Of a stretch of 64,000 nt of DNA, positions 1-11,593 are shown piece by piece. Below the pieces are notes generated by a model. It did no database searches. It saw only the letters and a program-made list of their open reading frames with translations, and was not told where the DNA came from. The DNA comes from Marsupella aquatica (taxonomy: Eukaryota; Plantae; Marchantiophyta), in contig OZ316892.1 of the NCBI GenBank assembly GCA_973895155.1, positions 15,616,861 through 15,680,860 on the forward strand, written 5' to 3'. How positions within the stretch are numbered: position 1 is the stretch's first letter; the number at the start of each line of letters is the position of its first letter. A program made the translations under genes and the position numbers.

Positions 1-3000
1 TTTCTGTAATTGTATGAGTTTTTTTAATTAACAATTTTTGGAATAACTATGAGTAGAAAAACTTTTTCCAGTACATTGTATGAATTTTCTTTACGGACCC
101 CACTAGAGGTCCCTTCCAAAATTCCTGGCACCACAGCGTGTCACGTCAACAACAACCGCAACAAACAAGACTCGTCGGTTTTGCGAATCAAATTTATAGT
201 TTTCATTAGTGTTTGTGTCAATTTGGGTGTAAATTTTGGGACGTCGTGCCATAAAAAGAAAAGTAAAAACATTGGAAATACAAAGAGCAAGACTGTTAAA
301 GCTGTCACTATGTAACCGTTTTAGTTACACTTCCAATTTTAAAACTTAAATTCAAAGATTTATAAAAAGTATTTTCATATAATAAATAATGACTAATAAC
401 TAACTTGATAATTTCCTTGTTAAACCGCAACTCCCGGTATGTAAGGACCTCTCGTATTGTACGCCCATTAATGCTGGGAAGAGCACATAGAAACCCAGGA
501 TCGGGGAAGAGGAATGGTTGGAATCTTGAAAGTTCATCGAATTTTATACTCAAAACTATTTACTCATTCTCAAAACAAAAATACCCAGTTGTAGATCTCA
601 TTGAGATCTTTCTTTTGCACCCTAGATTTCCTTCTAACATGGATGAATAAGATTTCTAGAGGCATTACAAAATGGACGGCAAAGATCGTAAAATCAACAA
701 AATCGACGGCTAGGAAGGCTTGGATTTGTTTAATTTTTCATTTGAAAAATATTAACCCATTTGCAAAATGGACAGAACCCATCCATAGATCTATTTGAGA
801 TCTTTCTTTTGAGCAAAAGATTGGCCATTATGATGGACGGACGAGATTTCTGGAGATAAGAAATGGAGACGGCTCAGATCGACTCTTCCCCCTGATTTTA
901 TTAGCCAAGGGGTCCACAAACTAATTTTAATTAATAATTTTTGGAATAACCATGGGTAGAAAGAAACTCTTCAACTATTTTAACATTTATGAAGATAATA
1001 TAAGAAACCATTCAATTACTATGGAAAAAAAACACCAATGAAACATAAGAAACACTTTTAATTATTATGGGTAAAAGAACACCAAAAGAATGTAATAGCA
1101 TTTTGCATGGACTGTGAGTACCAAGGGATCTCCATGAATATTCTACTCATTTTCTTCCCTCTTCTCCATATTCAAACCTATTGCAATGTGCAAATCTTAC
1201 ATAACCTCGAACTAATTCTACAAACAATTTCACTATATGAAAGATATCATTTATCACTTAGTGGTCATTTAGGGATCTTACTTGGTGACTTAAGCATTGT
1301 CACTACATTAAAAATATCATTTACCACTTAGTGTTCATGTAGGGACCTTAGTTGGTGATGTGAGCCTTGTCACTACATAAAAAATATTATTTATTAATTC
1401 TTTTAAGGGAAATCTGTGAAACCCTGCAGAAAGGGAAGAGTCGGCCACAATAGTTCAACCCAAGACCTATCAGTCTCTACTCAAGTGAACTACCACAAAG
1501 TCATGCCTCTCTGGGCAAATTTGATTCTCTTTCAACTTAGTCTTCTTGATTTTCTTGATATTGTAGAAAAGTGGCAGACCTATTATTATAGTTTTTATAT
1601 GAATGTTAGGGTGAAATATTCCCTTGGTCGTTAATTATGATATTTATAATAATTGCTTGATCCTAATTGTTGGTGCGTGCTGGTACAGGTGTTAGTTTTG
1701 ATATTCATGATTACCTTAGCCCATGGGCACGTCGTTCAGTTTCCAGTGTGGCCGACCATTCTCAGGAAAAGTTATCATGCAATCAAAAGTGCAATAACTA
1801 CACATGTCAGGTTGAGAGCCCCCATTAAAATTCTACATTCTACCTTTGAATCTGATTCAGGACTCCTTGAAAGAACGCTTATGCAGCATGTGCCACTGCG
1901 TGAAAAGAAAAAAACTACTATAGTTTAAGTGACATTGATGTGTTGGGGTCACAGAGAAACATTGTCAGTAAGCCAGAGAAATTGATTGCCGTCAGAGTAG
2001 ACCCCAGGATGTCAAGGTGGTAGGAGAGGCCTCTCTGCAGTTCCCACTTCATGACCCTCCTATGCGGTTTACTTCAGAGCTCTATCGAGCATTACAGTAC
2101 TCAGCTCAGTTGGGTGTTAGTTTACTCGAGAGCTCTATCAGGCATTACAGTACCTCCGTTCAGTTGGGTGTTAGTCTTCTGAGCTTCTTTGTAAGTTACT
2201 TGTTTGTGTCTTTGTTACTTTGTTGGCTTTTGTTGAGGACCCCTTGGAATTTTTCTCTTTCTCAGTGTGATACGTAGAGGCAGATGTTACATTAAAGTTT
2301 ATGGAGAGTGGGGCCCTTTATTAGCCAGATAATGTCTCAGAGCTAGGAGTCTTCCAGCCAAAACAAAGTTTACACATACACAGAAAATATCGTGACTTTA
2401 TAGCCGGTACGCAAGCTTCAATTGTAGGTGAGTCTACCCAAGTGAATTATAACCGAACGCATGCAGTGCTGGGTATTGAATGTACTTATTTGTGGAGATG
2501 CTCTTCGTTGCTCCAGCCGCTAGGTATAGAAATGTGTCTCGTTATGTACCTGTCATTCCCCTTGTATACAATATACTAGGCCCAAACTCAATACAAAAGG
2601 GGTCGCGACTTAAATGTTGCCTATCAGAGTACCTCGGAACGGAAGAATCGTGCAAAGACTGACCAAACCGTAAGCAAAAAGGACCTGAACCTTGAGGTGG
2701 ACCAAAGGAGCGGACGATAGAGTTAGAATGGATGCATCAATGCGTTCACCTCTCCGAGTAGATGAATTGCTACTACACAGGCAGATTACTGTAGATGCCT
2801 CGTCGTCCTCGCCTGCAATGAGCGGCATATTTTCAGGAACGCCTCAGAATTCTTCTCTCCGAATTCCGAATTTACAGACTGAGCTCCTTTCCAAGATCAA
2901 GGGATCGGATGGCCAGAGGTGTGAGTAATTTGAGAATGGGGTGGGCTGGTCCACTGACAGCTGCTGTTGAAATCATAATGTCTTGCACAAGTAATACACT

Positions 3001-3899
3001 CGCGACACCATATTCTATTGTAAGTTCGTGACTAAGTCAAAGCAAGACATCCCAATCTAGTCAACGAAAGACTCATTCTCGAACAATGGGATAGCTGCAG
3101 CTGAATGAATCACTTCCGTAACTGTCTTGCGTTCCACACCAAATTCTTTTCCAATTCAGAATGAGCCAATGGAACCAGGGAGTCCACATTCGTCCTAGCC
3201 AATATCTCCAACTTAGGTTCCTATACAAGTATTTCATAGCGCTCACAACATTCATCACTCGAACCATCCCTCCAACGAATCTGAGTTCCATTTTTGTGTA
3301 CGTTAGTCGGTTATATATTACACAGCCCGGCGAGGAAACAGACCTTTGACGTAATGCTTTCTAACTACATCATTTCGTCAGAATTATCTTCACAGCCCGC
3401 CAATGAAGATCCTCGAAGGAACTAACATATATTACGTCTTAAGTCGGTCACTTTGGCTATATCTCCAAAAGTTTCAAGAACTTTCATTGACGACCTTCGG
3501 AAATTGTAATAGGGCGGCGTTGGAATTGGATAACAACCACCAAATTAAAGGACAAACTAGTACTCTGTTTCCGCGTCGCAATTGGCTAATAAATATGCTC
3601 TGATCTTTTCTTCTTTCTAAATCATAACTCCGTCGCAGCAATAGCTCTTAAAATTGGGCATCCTATACATTGCAACTGGTAGCAGACTGGCGCTACACCA
3701 CCGACATATTAATGGGATTGTGCCACCTGCTCACTCGGGTACCCGCTTGTTTTGGCTTATAAGCCTTTCCAAGGTCACTACTCTACTAGTGGTACAAAAT
3801 CATTGTACAGCAAAGCCCTCTGCTTTTGTACATTGCGTACCAGTACCCATAAGAAGGCCCAGACTGGACAGCTTCAACTACGTTCAACGACACTTGCTT

Positions 3900-5625
3900 T
3901 CAGAGGGCCATCTCTTTTTGCAGGGCCTCAAGTTCCTCATTTTCTTCGTTTACATAGGCAGGAGCCTTCTGAGTATGGGCAGGAGCTGGGCGAGTGGCAA
4001 GTGGAGCTGGAGCGCGGACAGGTTGTGGAGCTGTGGGGATGCTGCTCATTGGAGCAGGTAGGTCTTCGTTCAACTCCTCATCCTCTAATTCCTCAAGCTC
4101 TGCTTCTAATTCATCCTGAGGATAGTGAGCAAGTCCCACGACAGATATCTTAGAGACGATACAAGAGGTTTAAGTCGATCTCCTTCTATTTACATGCCGC
4201 CATAGAAAGAAACGCAGACAGACACATGCAAAGTTCTTAACCATCTCTAAATACCAGCAAATGGTGCGATCTTCTCTAATTGCCCACAAAGGAAAAGGAC
4301 AACATCTCAGATTCTACAATTAACTAGTTTGAGAAGTAGGATTGAATAAGTACGTCATCAAATTCAGCAGCTGGTCCCACTGGAGTTGACAAGGCTTCCT
4401 GAATTTGCTTCATATTGTCTTGCTGCTCGTTGATAGACTCCATTGTCCTGTCGACATCATCAATATTCCTGCGAACAAATGAACAAGTACGTCCAGAAGA
4501 GGATTGCCAACATGACAAGATGTCAATATATCTATGATGAAATTCCCACGTCAAATCCTTATGTCAGCAGGCTCTACCGTTTCGATTAGTTATCTTGATC
4601 TCAAGTTAGTAATCTAATTTGGCAATCAGAAGCTCAAGCAAACTTACGTGGCTTTCTGAATTGCCTTCATGGCATTGGCACCACTACGGAGAGCATCGAC
4701 TGTATCAGTGGTGGCTTTGGCACCCTCCAGCAGGATCATCTGTCAATGGCTGCCTTCCATTAGAGATTGTCGCTCAATCACGCTGACATTATACTGAAGT
4801 GTCTACAATTTGTGGCCTCCACTCCTTAACCAATATGTAACAATCATGGAGATGTTATACCTGGTCATGAAGCCGGAGTTGATACTGAGCCAATTGTTCG
4901 ACCTGTGCTTCGAACAGTTTCTTTCTCTTTAAGCAATTAATGGCCGCTGCATGTGAAACACACAAAACTTCCTCGGTAAGATCTCCGAAGGTTGGGTACA
5001 CTGCAGGTACCAAACAAGGAGTATGACATGAAACGGCTGCAACCCAGCTCCAATGCGAGATGAATCCATTGCCCCGGTTCGAACCGTAGCATGCCTCAAC
5101 GATCAAGCATCGGCAGCTTCTCCGCATGTCAGTGACCGGGAAATCATAACCTTATACAAACTCAAAATCCAAACTGTACCTCTGCGGAATCTGTTCTTCC
5201 TCTAGGTCTTCTACGCACAACATTTTTCTACTCAAACATGGACAACATCAAAGCAACTCACGAAACACGTACAGTAGCCGATTCACCAAAAAACTACGGA
5301 CCTCTCTTGTTCTTAGCCTTTGTGAACTCCATTGCCTTCTGCAACTCCGCGGCAATTTTCCTCTGTAGGACCTGTTCCTTTTTCTCCAGCATTGCGAGAG
5401 ACTGCATCCAAAATCAAGAAGTAAGGGAACCAACGGCCATCCAACTTCTTTTGCTGGTCCTTCGAGTACACGACTAGCTATGTAAGCCCACGATCAGAAT
5501 TACACGTGATATCCACAACTAAAGCATGGAGTTGTACAACTTACATCGCCGATCCTCTCCAGTGTGGAGATGGCACTAGTTGAGGTGGTCCCATCTTTCG
5601 GTTTGCCGAACAGCTTGTTGAACAT
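3900..5625 (-). CDS. VPS32: ESCRT-III subunit VPS32/SNF7 (CHMP4 family), 229 aa, 6 coding exons: 5625-5545, 5401-5302, 4946-4861, 4739-4648, 4468-4354, 4115-3900
   Basis: Exons join at GT-AG sites to 690 nt in frame: MFNKLFGKPK...LEKKEQVLQRKI...KNKRAAINCLKRKK...LEGAKATTDTVDALRSGANAMK...NIDDVDRTM...EFDDDELEAELEELE...EELEALQKEMAL. An acceptor just before the ATG indicates a 5'-UTR intron. Confidence 0.96.
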
Positions 5626-7199
5626 CCTTTACTGTCAACAATTGATCCGAAACAAGTCCGCTTCCAATTCTGACGGTGTAGCTACAATTATCTCACAAAT
5701 TCAAGTACTCATCGCCAGACCCGCAGTGACAGTGAAGTTTGTATCAAAGGTCGAGGCAGAAATGGACAGGATACTCGAATTCAGCAAAACCCAAACATCA
5801 CATTCAGTCAGGGCTTTAGCAGATCCTGCTCCTCTGAACACACAGGGAAACGACCGAACCTTCGCCTCCAGAACAACAAAATTAATCCAACATGGATAAG
5901 CCCGTTTAATAAGAGAAATGTCGGAAAGCTTGTGGAGGTCGACAACGGATGGACATAGCATAAAGGCACCTAGAGAAAGAATGGAAACGCTTGATGGCAA
6001 AGTTGTAGTGGTTTATATTAGAACAAACAGACGGGAAGGGGGACAGCATAAGACGGACGAGATACTTGAGAGTTTACGCTCTCAACAAAGCCTCGAGGTA
6101 AGCTACGCTGGACTGCCTGACAGCAGAGCTTCAGCAACAGCCCATAACTTTGCAGCGATTTCGACAGAGGTCATTGAAAATAATCAACAACAGAAGGCGA
6201 CAGAAGGAGGAGAAGAGGTTACCAAAAAGGTATAAACCAATATTCCCGAGCTGGAGAAGAGGTTACCAAAAAGGCATACACCAATATTCCCAAGCGCAGT
6301 GATGACGCTCCCTAACAGAAGCGTTGTCCTTCCGTACGTCCGCAGGGAGAAATCGCACGGGATATGGAATGAAATCGGGCGGGATTCTTAATTTTTTCAG
6401 TTGCTTGTTAGTCCATGATAACAGAGACTTCCGATTGACGCACAGACATTCAAGTGAACTGCAGGAACCATCATTGCACAAACTTTAGTAAGTGAAATTC
6501 GAAGATCACTAAATGCTCGAAAAGCCCCTGCACAGGCAGAGTGCTTGTACAAGCTAAACCTAAAGTAGTATGGAACGGAACCCAGACAGAGTGTGAGTAG
6601 ATTGAGCTAAGATTTCTTTGCGGGAGCTTGAGAAAATGCTTCGACCTGGTTGCGAACAACTTGAACAAGACAGTATTGATTAGTGGTGCACAGATTGCTG
6701 AGCGGGAGCTTCAGCAAAACGCTTCAACCTACTGTGTAGTTGTAAAATAGACGAAAGAACGGGCGCTCCAAAAGACCGAGTGAGAGAATAAGAGAGCTCA
6801 CAATGACGTGACGCTCGTGCAGCAACACTACAACGAGAGAACCAGCTGGCTTAGTTTCAGTTGGAAAGGGGATGCTTTTAGGAAGGTGACTCTACTCCCT
6901 CCGTCAAGGTTGAACCCCACTCCAAGCAAAGGGGTGTATACGGTATGTGTGTGTGGTGTATTGGGGAGCGAAGTCATTACCTCCGGTCCTGGTTGGATGT
7001 GACTTTGATTTCAATTTCTCGCTTGGTTGGCAGCTGTGTGGCTATGATTTGAATTTCTCTCCTTGGTTGGTCACTTTGGTACCCTTGTGGATTACCCATC
7101 CTACTTTATTACATACTGCTAGCTTCAATCCCTACAATATTTTATATTTCTGTACTTTATAAACTAAAATGCCAATTTGCAGGGACATTTTGAGATTTT

Positions 7200-8300
7200 T
7201 CTTTTGTTCACCCAAATTAGTGTTGGTAGCACTACTTGTGTAGCCTAATTTTTGAGGTTTACTCTTCCATTAATAGTGTTAATTACGAACTAGCACAAAA
7301 TACATGCATTAAGTAACAATGATGCAAACACTATTTTGAGAACTAGGGTAATAACAATTATAATGCATTATAAGCTACGGGACCATACAAGTCAATGATG
7401 ATGCATGTTGTGCTCATACACATCCCTACATAACATTCATTACTTGTCACACAGATCTAAGTGTAGTCTCAATCTAACATCACAAACATAAGAGAATGGA
7501 GTAGAAGGGGAACTCATATCTACACATGTCCAAAATTCACAATTGCCCCCCTAGTTGAAGGTGAGGTCTCCTAACTCTAGCTAGTCATAATTTCTACAAG
7601 GTTGGTATATAGTGTGAAAATCAGGAGGTCGGGTGCAAGTGAGTCTCATCGATCACCTTCTTGCAATCCTACCTAACACATAAAACCACATATGATAGTT
7701 AGTTGGCTTCATCGACATTGAGGACACAATCTTGATCCACTAGGAATCACCTACAATGGTGGTGTCACACATGACATGTGCCATCCTCTAGCACACTTCT
7801 CATAAATCAACATAAAAGCTTCTCTCTGAGGAGATCCACACAACATACATTTTTAGTTGTCATGGACATATACCAAACTTGGATCTATTTCCCGAAAATG
7901 TTTGAAAGATAACAATCATGGTGCACAATTGCACATGATCCAATCCTTCCAAACCATACCATCACGGCCTTCCAACATTATGACACCATAAGGCATATAT
8001 TTCATGCGTACATAAGATTGTCTGGTTTGCGGTCACATCAAGTGTTTTTGGTGTTGTCTGTTGCAAAAAACATGATCACCATGATGAAATTGTTGAATCC
8101 TTGCACGATAACCTCCTCCACAAATAGTGGCATATCACAAAGTATCATGATGTTGGGCAATGGCAAGGTTGTCAAAGGCCATGGGCGCGACTCTCTCAAA
8201 AACTTGTGCCCTCTCTAAACACACATTGACCCAAACATTAGGATCATCCAAATCCACAACAATTGCGATATATATCATGACGGATAGGCAGTGGCAAATC
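7200..8300 (-). mobile_element. Degenerate 3' end of a Ty3/Gypsy element: integrase C-terminus with PHD finger, PPT and part of the 3' LTR
   Basis: Minus-strand peptides VVDLDDPNVW...MAFDNLAIAQHHDTL..., GVIMLEGRDG and CMLC...MLIYEKCARGWHMSCVTPPL*VIPSGSRLCPQC (7709-7849). Purine tract AGGGGGGCAAT precedes TGTGAA at 7541. Outer LTR boundary approximate. Confidence 0.72.
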
Positions 8301-9091
8301 TGACTCTCTACCAGGCCCAAGTGCCCTTGGAACTCAACCTCCATGCCTACTTGGCCTTGCCTCCCCAATGCAAGCTCACTTGGGAGATTGAACGCGGCTT
8401 GGCTGTTATTTTGGCAGGATTTAGCAAGTGAGCAAGATAGCCCCCGCAAACCCCAAGAACCCATGGCACCCCTAGACTTAGTTGAGCTCAGGAGTGTGTA
8501 TCCCTCCTTGAGAGCTTTCCAATGCACCCAAGAAATCTTCCAACAATCTTCCCGTTGGGAAGTTATTGTCATTTCCGTTTGGCATTTTCCCTTAGTGTTG
8601 CAACCACCATGGCTCACGAACTTGGCTCGCCCTTAGCCCCTAGGGAGACACCACTCCCCTCATATATGCTTTTGGAGACCTGCCACCCCTGGACGTGCTT
8701 TGGTCCCCAAATTTTGGCCTCCCACCTGGACTTCAACCCGCACGTCTGGGCGCGTGACACCAATTGGCTATGCCCATAACTTTCTAGTTAGGCATCCGAA
8801 GCGGAGTGCCTTAGCCCATTGTGATTGGGCCAACCCAGTGGTCATGCCTAGGCCCTCAAAATCAATCATCGCCCGGGGCCCCTGATTGGCCAAACCCGGA
8901 TCGGGCCGTAACTCGTGTCGCCCCGAGCGTCTGTTGCCCATGGAGTAAACTCCATTTGCCTTGGGCCCAAGAGGAGCTCTCACTCAAGCCCTCATAACTC
9001 AAAGTTTGTCCGGGGGTCCGGACAGTCAACCTTGAGTCCAACCGTTTCTCCTTGACCCGACCAGCCCTTAGCTAGTCTAAGTCCTTAGTGT
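8300..9091 (-). mobile_element. Fragment of a chromovirus-type LTR element: partial LTR (8765-9091), degenerate PBS and decayed internal sequence
   Basis: 8765-9091 is an inverted copy of 28886-29183, which adjoins a chromodomain integrase tail. TGGTGTCACGCGCC 2 nt after the LTR end resembles the tRNA-iMet PBS (TGGTATCAGAGCC). Confidence 0.55.
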
Positions 9092-10598
9092 GGGGTAAGG
9101 CCACCGAGATAGGAAACAGGGAAACAGAAATTCTGGTACCAGAAAAACAGATGTTGTTATCACGAATATTTTGTTGTTACCAAGGAAAACTGGTCTTTGG
9201 AACATGATTATTACTTCATTACTTCTAACCAAATAGGTCTCAAATAAGCAATATTTAATGGGTTTCATTTATTTTTTAGAGCTTAGAACCAACTAGCATG
9301 CCCAAAATTGTTGTCTGATCATACGTGAGTATGGAATCATCAACAAACTTCTCGAATATAGTGCCCTAAAAATTCCCGACACACAAACATTGGTGTTTCG
9401 CCCTAAATGCCGTAGGGAAAAACACCAATATGGTAGATCCCACCATAATTCATTTCAAAGTATATGCACACAAGAAGACAAAGAACCATGAATGAAAACC
9501 ACAAACAAAATTAAAGACCACAAACGGATGACTAGCGCCTGGCGCTAGCTAAAATAACAATAAGCAACACACCCAAAAATTGACAATGCATCACTACATA
9601 ATCTTGGAAACCAAACTCTTAAAAAATCATTTCCAGTGGTAAGATATACCATGAAGTAAATGATAATAAGGAAGACTTTCACCCGAGTGCCAGACCCTAA
9701 CATAAAACTATACCGTTGTAACACTACAAAAAACAATATAACTGTTTTGAGTATAGTCCGACAACTATATATTCTTTATAAACCATGAGAATTTTCCCTC
9801 TCCAAGATTAGTCGGACTTTGCCAACTGTGAGGATTGGTTGGCTGGTCAAAGTAGATTCCTCAACGTCTAGTTTGAAAACGGTCTGGAACACCCAGTACA
9901 AATGTTTGCAAGGCATATATGGTTGTCTACAAGAATGTCGACTGTAGAAATCCTCACATGAACATGTTGGGAAAATGCAAATCTGGACAAAGTAACTAAA
10001 TTCCGCGTCCTTAGATTCTTGTGCATCTGTACTTTGAATTGCTTCCTCCATGAGTTCCCAATAGAAACATCCCACTGTCCTTGGACGGACATGGTCTCTT
10101 TTTGTGCAGAATCAAACCTCTTCATGTGACCATGGGTCAGGGTCGATCAAGGAACCGTGTTCTTCCCATTCTGACTTTGAAGACAAATGGTGAGTTCAAG
10201 AAGATTGACCCTCTCTGGAAATAAGTTGACATTGATTTGAAGCTCAAAAACTGATGGTGGAGTAAGAGGACAGTGTCATCCTTGGACTATAGCTACCCCT
10301 GGTCAACAAGATACTTCATCTTAGCTTCCGAAACATTTGTTCCTTTTATAATAGGAAGAACATCAGGGAAAGAGGGCAGGTTTACTACACCGCGATGGGG
10401 ACGGCTCCTAGGCAGAACCAAATCATTTTGGCTATGGGTTCCCCCTGAACATGCATTGTCCTTTGACAACAATGCCGATAACACCATTTGCTGAGGGGAA
10501 CCCAACTTTCTTCACTCTATTCTAGCACTCATCTCTTTTGAAATTACTGCCAAATTATGCATTGCACTACGGACCGCCCCAAAATTTTGATGTCCGAC

Positions 10599-10880
10599 CT
10601 TGGGGATTTCACTTCCACAAAAATGACACATCACGTGCGACGAAGTATAGGGTCAGACATTTTATTGGTTCAAAGGGTAGACTTAAGAATTTTCTGAGAA
10701 GAACAACAGGGTCTTTTAAATCAAATTTTGAGACTTGTAAGAACATAGGATCCTTATAACCAATTTTTTTTGGAATTTTCCAAGAATATTCCAACTTTAT
10801 AGGTTCTTACATTTTAGGGGGTCCAAGGCCTAAAAACGTTGCAGGTGATGGGGAGGCATCCATATAGTGAGACCCCCGAG
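10599..10880. mobile_element. MITE with CT(C/T)GGGG...CCCCCGAG termini and 8-bp TSD
   Basis: Same family as 43417-43750 in opposite orientation. Flanks TGTCCGAC (10591-98) and TGTTTGGC (10881-88) differ only by transitions; removal restores colinearity with the transposase copy near 49745. Confidence 0.75.
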
Positions 10881-11207
10881 TGTTTGGCACAAATGCCATG
10901 CACCTTGCATGACTTCTGTTTCAAGAATTAGATATTCAAGCAATGTTTGTTGAAGCACAATGCGAGCGTTGTGTGGGTATCGCGTTGAACATGTTTGATC
11001 TTGACCCTACGATGTCCTAAAATTGTCACGTTTTGCATCCCTTGAATCATCACTCCCTGGTAGATTGACAACAAAAATGTCATCAGGTTTGTCTTTTGAT
11101 ATGGAAGCAAACATTGTGTGGTTCAGATTTTTAAGCTTGAACGATCTGGTATTCGGCAATGTGATAAGGACTTTATCATGTTGGTGGGAGTCTTGTGGCA
11201 AGATATT

Positions 11208-11593
11208 GGGGTACACATCATCATTAGAATCTCAGCTGAGGAGTTGACATGGGGCCTTCAAACTTCCGCGCATCTCAGCTGGGCAACCTAGGTTGACTCA
11301 ATCTCGGTTGACCTCGCCGAGAAGGGCGTACGGACCAAAAAAAAATCCCCCAAAAAAAACCAATTTTTAATTTTTTTTTAAAACAAAATCGGAAAATTTT
11401 TCCCATCTCAGCTGGCCTTGCCGAGATAGGTGTCAGTACGGTACGGGCGCCTCATGGCAAAAAAAAATTTGAAAAAAAAAAATCCTTCAAATTTTGAAGA
11501 AATCGCAACTTGGCGGCCTCTCTGAGATGAGGTGGCAGCTGATATCAGGTACACTGATGAAAGTGACTGATAACTGATGAGATTACCTATCTC
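11208..11593. mobile_element. 386-bp non-autonomous MULE-like element with 9-bp TSD CAAGATATT
   Basis: Perfect CAAGATATT at 11199-11207 and 11594-11602; removal restores the transposase frame (...NIL|PQDSH, cf. NVLAQDSH at 49432). The end CTGATGAAAGTGACTGATAACTGATGA matches 39513-39539. Confidence 0.85.

Noticed and set aside
1-3600. Short ORFs, weak TIR-like ends near 102/455 and small tandem duplications (1243-1395, 2075-2177)
   Set aside because: No recognisable protein, no convincing TIR plus TSD; ordinary intergenic decay.
6209-6296. 44-bp tandem duplication upstream of the VPS32 coding region duplicating a possible donor (GGTAAC, minus strand)
   Set aside because: Cannot place the 5'-UTR exons without transcript data; no support for function.
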